Assembly: GCA_040954595.2 (NCBI GenBank)
Contig: CM082578.2
Span: forward strand, 7,921,519 to 7,985,518
Source: Balanoglossus misakiensis
Taxonomy: Eukaryota; Animalia; Hemichordata
Direction: 5' to 3'
DNA: 64,000 bases
In this document: in pieces, positions 26,782 to 38,331 of the stretch
How positions within the stretch are numbered: position 1 is the first letter of the stretch
Layout of the letters: each line of letters begins with the position of its first letter
Notes under the pieces: model-generated
Databases searched by the model: none
What the model was told of the DNA's origin: nothing
Seen by the model: the letters and a program-made list of their open reading frames with translations, nothing else
Made by a program: the position numbers and the translations under genes

Positions 26782-27050
26782 CTCCGGCTCACGATGTACT
26801 CTCTAAAATCGGTTGCGTAGGCCTTCGATCCGACACTGGATGATCTGGCGAGGGTGCTATCTTCTACTTTACACTCAGCTGAAAGACGAGCGGTGTGTTT
26901 TGTAAAACCTATCGGCATCACATGCGTTTGTTTTGGTGTATGCAACGTACTCGGGGGGACTCTCCCGTGACTCCCAAGACGTGACGTACGAGCAGATCTG
27001 AATGACCAACTCAAAAATGACGTCACCAGGTCACACGTACGTGCCGTTTA
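26782..27050 (-). promoter_or_regulatory. Probable non-coding first exon and promoter of PPIP5K-B, with a CRE palindrome
   Basis: Donor GAG|GTAAC at 26781, CpG-rich tract, perfect TGACGTCA at 27018-27025 and further ACGT cores; acceptor of the next exon at 24708. Confidence 0.5.
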
Positions 27051-30000
27051 TCACACAAAGAGGGCGTTGTTTAGCGTGCGATTGAGCGACCGTGGTGACG
27101 GCAATCAAACTTGAACATACTGTACGTTCAATCAAGGCCACTCCACGAACTTGAACGTGAACGCGTCCTTGAAGCCAGCACACTCAATACACTTACATAC
27201 GCATGCAGAGAGAAACTGAGTCGTATCGACGAGAGATAGTAAAATATACGAGAAATAGGATAAATTAGAAATACAATCAGTTGAACACTAAATAAATTGC
27301 ACAGTAGGCAGTGTAAATGTGTAGTAATTGTTGTACATGTACTTGTTTTTTTAAAACACTCTGAGCAGACAGACAGGTCGTTAAACTGGAGATATAGGCC
27401 TAGAAATGCAATTGGTGTGGAAATAGGCTCGGCCAAAAACATGAAAGAGACTGCTGAAGCTTGAAGGGCGTTTCTGTGACAATTTACTGTTCACACGGGG
27501 GTTGTTTCCATGGCGACACTAAAGCCCACGGCCGTTGCTGTACTTCAAAATTTCTGTACCACGGAGCTTGTCCTTGTCCCAAGGCGCGGGAACGCCGGGC
27601 GTCGCAATAGAATGAGATGCACAAATCGATTGCCCTTCATGGGGATATGGAACCTTAAAATAAAAAAATTGAGGGGAGGGGGCAATTAAACTCGTGATTG
27701 ACCGAGTTATTGAGTGGTGGTAGCAAAAAAGTGATGGCATTATGATGAGTTATATATACGGTTTTTAATGTCATATTAACCTTGTAGCACTTAAATGGCA
27801 TGACGAAAGTCTCGTACGCTTCGACTGAAAATAGGACGTCATCCAAAACACAGGCGCAATAATCACTGTGGGTTTCTGGCTTGGTGTAAGTACGCCACCT
27901 AAGTTAAAACTCGGCGTGATCTTTTGTTTTACCGAGCGTTCTGATATGTGATTTTATTAAACAGCGAAAATTAACTTGAATAGCGAGTCTTTGTTGGCAA
28001 GTTAATTCAAACGATCGCTTTAATTAAACAATCTATATGCTCGCTCCGACAAGAATAATGTATAGCCCCCTTACCTTTAGAAACTGCAGGTATGGTTAAG
28101 ATGACTCATTGCTACGCTATAGTATAAGCGCCTAAAACTTACCGGGCGAGAATAGTTGGCACGATACGAAGAGTGGTATTCTCTTGTCAGTCAAGTCTCA
28201 GTGCAATCATTATCTATCGCACCAACCGGTCTGTTGAAGAATTGGTATCTCATTTTTGTATCTTGAGCGTTCCACTCATTGAGGCTATCCCATCTTGTTA
28301 ATATAATTATGTCAATAGACCTCTACCTGTTTGACGTTTCAAATACACAATTTTCCTTTAGGGTTGGGTCAGGCGTGGATGGTGGTATTCGGAGTGACCT
28401 ATTATATAAAGACGTATGCAAAGTATTGGGAGGCATTTATTTACGTTTGTGTTGATCTTACTAAGGTCTATGGTTGATGCACACTTTTAATTTTGCCATG
28501 GAATCAAGGATACAATGTTAACATGTCGTAAAAGTTTGTGTGCGAACCCTGTGTTAGTGTGGGCCAGCATCGATACATTCTTAATCCACTTCTTTTGCGA
28601 TTTCCATAAATCATGTGTAGTGTATTGATGATATTGCTGACCACATTACGTTCAGACAGAAAATGGAATATTTCCCTTTAATTAAACGGCAGTGATATTT
28701 GATATTTTCAGTTTGTTTACCGAAATTTGAAATGGGAGTAACCATGTCTAAAAGAAAAGTTACCGTTTTTAGAAATGGTGATGAATTGAGAAAACTGAAA
28801 AAAAAGGTTATATGGACGATAACATAGTAATTTGTATATTGCTATCAGCCGTTTTACAAGAATATTTAGAGACCACTCTGCAAGCATCCGTCCATAGCTT
28901 TCAAACACACACCATACAATATTCCAGAATTTATGTAGAAATATCCACATTTCTATAATGTATAACAAGTGTATCATCTTTCTAAATCAAATGCTACATG
29001 TTTATTACCGGAATTGCTTTTGGTTTCTCGACAAATTAATTTTCGATCTACATTGAGATTATCCCAATAGCAATTCTATATTTGTGAAATTGCAGCCTAA
29101 ACTCCATGGCGACACTGTCAACAACACTAAAGGACCGTTTCGAATTTATGTGCCATTAAGAGCAAACTAAAAAGACATCCGCGTGGTTATTTCGAGATTT
29201 CGAGTCATATAAAACCATCGAGCATGACGTCATTAGGAGTGAACGCAAACTGAGGAAACGACCACAAATGACGACCCTTGCCTTTTTATAGCTGACATAG
29301 TTGTCGTCTTGACTACGACTACTACATCATTAATATCTTCTGCGACTGTGCCCGAAGCTTACAACATACTAGGTGTATCATATCAAAGGCTGAGAATTGG
29401 CACGATGGTCGTCCTATATATAACGTTTGAAGTAGACACTGTAAAATCAAACGATGGCGGGAGTCTGTACGTATAGATCACGATTAAATACACGATAACA
29501 GGTGCCTATGGCACTTTAACTGCATTGATCGGTGGTGATAATAATTCTTAGTGGTTATTTCCGATCCGACAATCTCGTTTATAATACTACCACAACATTC
29601 TCTTGAAACAGAACGAAGAATAGAGTGATCTTCGTCGAATGGACACGAGAAGACATTTTCTCATGCGCGGGGGAAGTCAGATAAGGGCAGTTGAAACAAA
29701 TGAATTCAACGTTAAATGTTAAAGCCAAATGAAATATTGCCACGCAGCAGACGGTTTAGCCGCATGCACATATATCTGGCTGACAACGCCATTGTCTAAA
29801 CATATTTGTGGGCGCGTAATCCAATATTCACCGTGGACTTAATCTGTCGACAGCAGTCCTGATGCTCGCACGCTAAGATATCGGGCAACCGGCAGTCAAT
29901 TATGTTGCCAAGGTAACAACATAGTCCATGTGAAGACGCTGTAATGAGAGCAAGTTGGATTTGCTGATTGTTACCATTGCTGTAAAGAGCCAAGAGACGC

Positions 30001-31648
30001 GGCTGTTCTGAAAATACGACCGAATGCTTTTCCGTTGTCTTCGGCCGGGCAGATCGCAGTCTGCAGTAACTAGGCAATGTGGCACTCTGCAGGGTATTAC
30101 TATTACTACAATACACGTTTATGATGAAACTAAAATGTTTTATCTGTGCTTTTGTTCAGCTGAAGCCCGCCCTGTTTACAGTAGCGGAGTTGAATAGTGT
30201 GGACGTGTTATCCGATTGCAAGTCTTCATCGGCGGTGCACCCCCTGCGTATTTTCATTGTGACGAATTGTGGAGAGCGCGATGTGATGCTACCAGTAGAA
30301 GTATGATGAGAGAATTTCGCATTTTTGCATGACAAAGGTTGTCCTTGCAATCAAAATACAGTGAGGTACCGACCCTGCAAAATCGTTTATTCGAAGTACA
30401 GACGTCATGCTTTACGGTTTACTGAGTATTGACAAAATTCCAGTCGTGGCAAAATATCTACCTGAGACTGGTGACCGAGTTAGAAAAATACTCGTCACAT
30501 ATGCGTCCTCGCATTGTATATTAATAGTATATATACTGTACTTTTTGCTCGTAATCCTCTGACCTTACTGGGGGAGACACGCTACCGGATACATCAATTT
30601 AACCTGACGTTCTCCGCACAATTAATACATTTTACTCGTCGTCGATGAAATGATGGATCTATCTGCCCGTGACTTATAATGTCACGCGTACTGTCATCGT
30701 CTATGCAGAAAACGTGCGGCAAAAGTGAAAGAAATTCTTCAACATCATGATATATTGCATGGAGGTAATAATTTGAATATGAAATCGGTGGATTCGCTCG
30801 TGATGCTTTACTTACACATCAATCTGTAAATGTCTTCGATGTTATCACTACATATTAAATATAAACACAGTCGTGCATGCACGCATATTTAATACTTTAG
30901 CTATTTCATTATGTACTTTTTTCTTGTTATTTTATTGGTATCATCTGCGGACGTTACAAGATTATGGTAGGCACAGTGCAAAAACAAAAAATCAATCACC
31001 AAAGAACGGTTTCCTATTCATTACCAGCATTGTGTTGCCAATTTCACGTTTTAACATTCTCGGTAACACGAACTCATCTCCGACGTAAACCAACACGTAA
31101 ACACTTTTACTAAAGCAAATTAATCTACATCCGGGCATCAACCGTTTTGATACAAGATTAGACATGTCAGGATATATGTACAAAACGTTATTGCACAATA
31201 TCAGGCCATTGCACAGGGTAGAAAGATTGGCTGAAATCACTTTCGGCTGAGTGTAGAGCCCACGTTCGATCGCAAAGGCCTGACACAATACAAAAATGTA
31301 CCTTGTACGATGAATGCGTATGCACAACACTGTATTTATATACGTGTATGAATCTTTTCTTTTTCAAAATAAAGGGTAGTACACTACGGCGGCCAGAGAA
31401 ATAACAAAAAATTGCAAAATAAACAAAATTCCCTATACCTACCTACCCTACATGTATTTTTGAAAACCATGTAATCGGAACAGCACACATTATTTTTATT
31501 TTTTGGCCTTACCCTTAGTCGACAAACGACATCATCTTTAATTCGTGGATATTTGAAATCCAATACGCATACTATATCGAGTATTCTATGTTTGAATGTA
31601 AAATCATGATCATGAAAATAATGTTTTTAAAATGGCAGTTATGGGGCT

Positions 31649-33007
31649 TTAAACCATAAATGTATCCATCTCCGATAATTCAACTATTTTTTCAGGTAAA
31701 GCTGCACTTGGATCTTTCCCAGCGGTCGATTTTGTCGCCGTCGTCGTCGTATGCCCGCTAGTGCGCTCCAGAAACTGGAAGAAATTCTCCTCCTCTGCCA
31801 CGTGGTTTTCTGTTTCGTTCTGTGCATTGTCCTTGCAGCAACAGGGACAGGTTTTCATGCTTCTTATCAGTTCTTGTCTGAGCTGCCTGTTGAGCCAGCC
31901 GTAGATGAAGGGGTTGACAGCAAAGGACAGGTAGGCGATCCACGTGCTGGCGCGCTCCAAAACCGTCTTTGCGTCCGCGTAGCGGTGAATGATCACGTGG
32001 ATGTGCACGGCGAAGTAAGGGGTCCACAGAAGTAGGAAAATGCCCACGATTAGAAGGAGCGTCCTGACGGCCTTGAACTCGCTGCTGCAAACCGGTGATT
32101 TTGGCTTGCTTTCGGATATCTGCGAGGACGCCTGTTCGGTCCCGCTCGGCATGGATATAGCCCTGTGATTTCTCTGCTTTGAAGAAAACTTTGCCGTCTG
32201 CATGGTTGCACAGTTGGTCTTGTCGGATACCGTGCTTGCGTCGCCACCACCATTCTGCGGTGTATTTGGTGCCGCCGCTACGGTACTGCGTCGTCCTTCA
32301 TCGGCCACTGACGGCACCGGGCCGATCTGCCTGGCCGCTCTCCGCGCCACGCGATATATACCGCAGTACATGACCACAATCAAGGCGGCCGGGAGAGCGA
32401 AACACAGCGTGCCAATCACAGCGATGTAGAATATATGGTACCCGGTTTTCGTCCAATCGAATGAGCAGTTCGCCCGGCTGGGACTGTAGCTGAACTCGCT
32501 CCAGCCAACGAGCGGGGCCGCGGCCAGCGCCGAACTTTGAATCCAAATGTAAGCCAGCGAGAAGACCACTCGTTTCGGCGTCACTTTCGCCGCGTACTCC
32601 ATGGGTTTGGCGATGGAGTAGTAGCGGTCAATACTGATGGCACCCAGCGTGGATATGGACGCGAATGTGCAGAAGGCGTTGAAAAATCCGTTGGCGCGGC
32701 AGAACGCTTCGCCGAAGACCCACTCTCCCGCTGCCACCGTTGCGATGGACACGGGCAGAACCAACACCGCCGCCAGCAAATCCACAAAACACAGATTCAG
32801 CACGAAAAGATGAGATATGGTACGCAGCTGCGGAGTTCGAATGATGATATATATGACAGAAACATTGCCGCAGATTGCAATGAGATCTACCATTACCATA
32901 GTGATCACCTGCACAACGAGAGTCACGCTCGCATCACCGTGGCCCGTTTCAGTATTATTCCCATCTTCTGCTTCCTCCTGACTGAAATTACCAGCATTTG
33001 CATCCAT
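31649..33007 (-). CDS. Class A orphan GPCR, GPR61/GPR62-like, single coding exon, 452 aa
   Basis: Seven hydrophobic segments with GN (TM1), NLCFVDLL (TM2), DRY (TM3), LWTPY (TM6) and NPFIY (TM7). The tail EEENFFQFL and TM7 TWIAYLSFAVNPFIYGWLNRQLRQEL resemble vertebrate GPR61 as I recall it. The first in-frame ATG is 33007; the ORF track start at 33028 is a GTG. Confidence 0.9.
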   Translation of the reverse strand: MDANAGNFSQEEAEDGNNTETGHGDASVTLVVQVITMVMVDLIAICGNVSVIYIIIRTPQLRTISHLFVLNLCFVDLLAAVLVLPVSIATVAAGEWVFGEAFCRANGFFNAFCTFASISTLGAISIDRYYSIAKPMEYAAKVTPKRVVFSLAYIWIQSSALAAAPLVGWSEFSYSPSRANCSFDWTKTGYHIFYIAVIGTLCFALPAALIVVMYCGIYRVARRAARQIGPVPSVADEGRRSTVAAAPNTPQNGGGDASTVSDKTNCATMQTAKFSSKQRNHRAISMPSGTEQASSQISESKPKSPVCSSEFKAVRTLLLIVGIFLLLWTPYFAVHIHVIIHRYADAKTVLERASTWIAYLSFAVNPFIYGWLNRQLRQELIRSMKTCPCCCKDNAQNETENHVAEEENFFQFLERTSGHTTTTATKSTAGKDPSAALPEKIVELSEMDTFMV

Positions 33008-35099
33008 AGTCCTTCGTCGTCCATACACACCGTCTGAGAGCTTAGATCGCCCTTCTTGCCATCGACCGCACCGAAAGATCTTTCTCTGTTGTTGTTTTTT
33101 TCACATGTACATCCAACGTTTACGAACACTGTGTCACTGCTATGATGAATTCGATGAGATTTGACCAAAAAAGAAGAACCACTGCGTTTGGTTAGAACCA
33201 CGCATGCGTGAATCATGCAATGACGCGAAGCAAGGAAATAAAGCCTTCTCGGTGACAATAGTGCCAGAAAGTACACGGAGCGATTAGGAGTAACTGATAT
33301 TTGAATGTCTGGTCGTTATTAGCCGAATGCCAGAAACGCCAGCAAATTAAACAATGTTTTGATTGTATTGTTGGGGGGAAAAAGGCTGGGCTTGACATTA
33401 TATTGAGGATTAGTATTCATCAAACGCGTTAAATACAATTATTGAAATAATAATTTTTAATACAATAATCAGCTGAATGATCGTTTCGTAGTTTAATTGT
33501 TGTTTATCAAACCAAGGGCAAAAGCAAGTCAACAATAACGCGAGATAATCCGGCGATGAATTTCAATGGCATCGTGGGTATCGACAAAAGAAGCACAAAC
33601 ACGGATGAAACACGATGCGGCAGTTGGACTTGGCGACAGATTGGGAATCGCTATTGGCAATGCAGTTTCCACGAATTGTTTTGGCGTCAAGTACAGTACA
33701 GTAAAGCACAATAGTGCAGAAATATGAGCAATTCGCTGACATGAAAACGCTTCTTGTTTGTGTTTTGCCCGCGGTATACGTGGAGCTTTCATTGTACCGC
33801 ATCTGCGCTCTCTGCCACACATCAAAACGGAGGCGTTGATGATGTGCAAAGTACATTGCTTGTTGACAAGTAAAATGATGATTGCAAGGGCTATAAGGAG
33901 GCCGACGAACCTATCGAACTCACTAACTCGCCATGGGTTCAGTTGTACAACTTTATAAGCCTTGTATTGACGATGTATTGGATCATTAAACTGTAGTCAT
34001 TACACTAGTATTGATGTTTTATCAAAACAGACTAGAATGGTTCTTTCACTGTTTGTGCCACCCCCAATCCCAAGTTCATAGATCATCGTTGATGACGTCA
34101 ACTCAGGGTGACATGTGTTATACGCGACTTCACACACAACAAGATTCAGAAAGTTTCATCATAACAAAACAACAACAAAAGAAAAACTGGGGGTGTGATT
34201 CCTGGAATGGTTCAGTAAATTGTTTGTACCAAAGGTAGGGTTTCAAGAATCCAACTTGTATATTCCTGGCCATGCATCATTGCCATTTGTACTTTTCAAA
34301 TGGCCCCATATGAACTGTCCCCATACTAACTTAACAACCCGTTTGTAAAAGTTAAACTATACATTTTTACGCCTGTCCATAATTCATTTACACTTAATAG
34401 ATAGAGAGGAAAGCACGACAGTTTATGGGGGTCATAAGGCATTGATTTAAGTATATTTGTGAACATACTCGTGAACGAAATTCCGGCTTGTGACAGCGTT
34501 GGTTGATTCCGACATCAAAAAATACGATCATGTAAATTCTATGGTTTAATGGGTTTTTAGTAGACCTGATAACACCGTATACTTTCATAGATAGTTTTCA
34601 CACGATGTGAACTTAGTGGTCGAGGACATGTAGCCACTTTTTTTCTTTATTAGGACACGTTCTTACTAGTTTAGTCTCCTTGCGCTGTCATCAACAAGAG
34701 CGTTTTTGAAATTTTGAAGCTGAACTGTCCTGGGCACCGTGCTAGTTGCTGTCGTTAACGCGGTATTGGGGGGCGTTGTCTCACGTGACAACGTACGGTT
34801 GTTCAGGAGACAATTAAGAACACGATAGGATTTGCAGTGCCCGATTACAATTCTTTATATCAATCACGCGATAGTGGCCATGTGACCCACGGCATTGTCA
34901 TTTCCAGGTGACGGGCAAACAATATTTCGGCATCCAGTAAAAGTTTTTTCCGGGTATGTTTATACTTAAGAACCACCAGACAAGTAACTTGTATCATGTA
35001 TGGTGCCTCGCCAGCCTCATGGCGTTTCGTCTGCACAGTCGTTGTCTGCACCACGTTGCTGAAGTTGCCCGTCAGCTAGAAATTTGAATTCCAACGTAG

Positions 35100-35333
35100 C
35101 TCCGTCTGACTGCGTCTGACGTCATTTGACATCGAAGAATTTAACTGTTACCTCATTAGACCTTTGAGTTTGTGTTGATTGTGCAGACAGTGCAGTGCAG
35201 TGCGTCCCTGCAACAATCAATCTTTGTTGCAACCGCAGATAATAGTCATGTTTTTCGTTGTCGATAGTCTTCCACCAGTGATACAACTTCTTGCAGCAAC
35301 AGTCTCAGTATCACCCGTCGCCGAAATTTGAAG
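35100..35333 (+). promoter_or_regulatory. Probable non-coding exon 1 and promoter of the CRT-like gene
   Basis: TGACGTCA at 35117-35124, consensus donor AAG|GTGAGT at 35333/35334, and acceptor CACAG at 35991 just before ATG 36008. Confidence 0.55.
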
Positions 35334-36007
35334 GTGAGTGACTTGTAACCTTCCGACTTCACCTTCATTCATAGTTTAACTGGTGACGCGATCTGGCTAG
35401 TAACGTATACCCAGTTTGTGACAACATGTCGTTCTGGTTATGGGTCAAAGCCGGCATAACCTACAATGGTTAGTACAATTAGTAACTAAGACAGCATGCT
35501 GTAAACAGTTTAATATTTCATCAGTTTTTGTTTAACTTTTAAAATAAATGTTATTATTTTAACCCAAATCCTCTGCCAGTGGAGGTAAGAAATCCTGAGA
35601 CAGTATAACCACCTGTATCTCTATGCCTATACGCTATTTTCCTCGGTTTATTATCATCATCCAAACTGTACCGGATCTACTCGAGTTTCCACCACTGGAC
35701 CCGGAACTTCGAACCGCGGTCACTCCACAAACCGTGGTTTTACCACGTCTGAACGTGACACTAGTCACGCGCTTGGAGTGTATGAAATGATGAACTAAAT
35801 ATGATATGTAAAACATATGTAATATACTATACCGCCATTCAAGACCGGCTTAGAAGAATTAGCTGGCTTGCTCCGATAGAAAGTTCATAATAGCCCAGTC
35901 CATACGTAATGATCCATACAAACTGAACAAGATGAAGATTTTATCCATTTCCATCGTATTTTCATAGATTTCTTTTCTCGTTTTGACACAGGGTTTCAGA
36001 AATCATC

Positions 36008-36755
36008 ATGGCGGGCGAGGCGTCAATAAATGGCGAGAACAACACGTTCAATGACAATGACTCTTGGTACGAGAACCCTGTCGACATATATCAACCGGAC
36101 ACGACTTTATTACCAGCAAACCGTGTGCGTCCAGAAAGTCCAAGCCTTAACACCAGATTAAGGATTACAACTTCACCGACCAGTGCTCTGGGATTGAAAA
36201 TTCTCAATGTCGTATTGGTCGTGGGCACTGTCGTTACCAACGTGGTCGCAAACGTCACTTTGCCTATATTTTCAGAATCCATCGACAAGTACAGTGACCA
36301 ATACTACATTCTGTTCGCTTCGGCCTTGCTCTATCCTTTCTTTTTCTCATTGCTTCTCCTCATATCAAGGCTGTTTGACCCCACCGTCACATTTCGTCTG
36401 AAAGCACCTGTGAAGTATGTAGCCATAGCAGGTTTCCTGGACGCCATCAACGGCCTGATGATCGTGTATGCTAGCCACCCGACGAGGACACCGCCAGGCC
36501 TGCAAGCCATTCTCAGTACTTCGGTCATCCCATTTACGGTGATTGCACGGTACGTCATCATTAGACAAGGTAAGTGTATGGTCACATGCCACTCAGCCTA
36601 TTCAGTGTCTTCGCCCGAGGGGGGGGGGGGGGTCCGGTCAATTTGCTTTTGGTAAGTGTATAGAACATGTTCCTGTTTATAACCACTTTGTAAGTCAATC
36701 AGCTCACCACAGAATACAACCTGTATAGAATACATTTCATGATGCATAATCCCCC

Positions 36756-36817
<62 letters not shown>

Positions 36818-38026
36818 CTCGCTCTCCGATATTCTTCCTCCCTCTCATTCCCCCTCTCCCCTCTCTGAATATACAGGCGTTGGTATAAAGCGCTTAGTGT
36901 GTACCGGCGTTGTAATGATCGGTTTGTTTATATCGATGGAACCGGTAATCTTCAACATCGACGGTGAGAGTAGCAGTTCTGCGGATGTTCACCGGTCGAT
37001 TGCGAGCAGAATTCTGTGGCCTGCCACTTTTCTTCTGGGTTTCTTACCAATTGGTGTCATGAATGTGTTCCTGGAGAAAGTCATGAAACAGGAGGTGATG
37101 TACAAAAACAACCCCATGTTAGCGTGATGGACACATAATACACAGTCAGTATTTAGTGACAGTCATATACTGTGGTTTCAGGTTTAGTCATAAGTACTAA
37201 GAAAACTCGAAAAACGTGAACATGGTATTTGTCTTTTACCTTGAGTGATAGCAACACGTGGACCTCATTTGATGCCATATTCAATAACATAAACAGTCCT
37301 GCAATCATACAAAAATATTGACAGTACGTTTTGTTGTTGTAGGCTTCTTCATTATTGGTTAATGTTTGGGTGAATGTTTTCCAGTTTATTGGAATACTGT
37401 TGCTGTTCTGGACTGACTTCATACCAGGGTTTGGAATGGTAAGTTATCCAATGGCCGAAAACAATTTGTTCTCCAATCCCCAATACTACTAACTTTGGTT
37501 TCACGAAAAAAAATATAGAAAGAGCTTTCCGTCCATAATGAAATTTAGCTGGTGATGCTTCGTTTACAGAAACCGTATTTTCACTATTTGTCCTCAATAT
37601 TACATGACGTCATTTTGGCCTTCTCTTCTGTTGCAGTCATCCGACCCCAAGGAGTTCTTGTCCAACTTGTCGCGCGGTTTTCGCTGTCAGTACGGCATCG
37701 ACTCCACTTGCTCCGAAGTGGTGGGGCGCTCGTGGCTGAATATGCTCAGCTATGGGCTTGCCAGTTTCTTCGGCTTTCTGCTGCTGCGCTACGCTGAGGG
37801 CGCCATCTACCTGGTGGTGGTCCAGGCGCTTGTCACTCCGCTGGGCACTCTCTTCTGGACCGTGTTTGCACCCGAGCCCTTCTTTCACTGGCATCCCGTG
37901 TTTGATCTCGCCACGGGCTTTACACTGGTGGGACTTGTGATAATGATGCCCGCAGTTGTCATTTATAGGTATCTTGGACATGCAGAGACCAAACTCATAA
38001 TTAACCAGTCAGAAAGTGACGTATAA
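36008..38026 (+). CDS. CRT-like (chloroquine resistance transporter-like, DMT superfamily) multi-pass transporter, 421 aa
   Basis: Exons 36008-36569, 36877-37094, 37343-37438, 37637-38026 (1266 nt, in frame, GT-AG). About 10 hydrophobic segments. RTPPGLQAILSTSVIPFT, MNVFLEK, FWTDFIPGFG and luminal cysteines in GFRCQYGIDSTC fit the PfCRT / Dictyostelium crtp / plant CLT family. Confidence 0.82.
36759..36826. repeat. (TC)n microsatellite in a CRT-like intron
   Basis: Read directly. Confidence 0.95.
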
Positions 38027-38331
38027 TACATTAAATTTCCATAAGCAAATAATTTCAAAGCCTTACTACAGACATCGTAGGTACTATCTCCCCACAATCC
38101 CCAAAGAAAGGGACTGTGATATCGCACACTGCTTTCGATGGAATTTAGTTTCAGTGGAAGACATGTCCACGATGAACACTGAGTTTATTGTTATTTGAAT
38201 TAGCTATTTACAAAACTTTATGGAAAATTTCAATATAATTTTATGAGAAGATACCAAGTCGACGTTCTCATTGTGCGCTTGCATCCATGTAGTTAACAGT
38301 GACAACAATAAAATTTCTATTGTTTAAAACA

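Noticed and set aside
31751-33037. Several antisense and alternative-frame ORFs of up to 166 aa
   Set aside because: Shadows of the GC-rich GPCR coding sequence.
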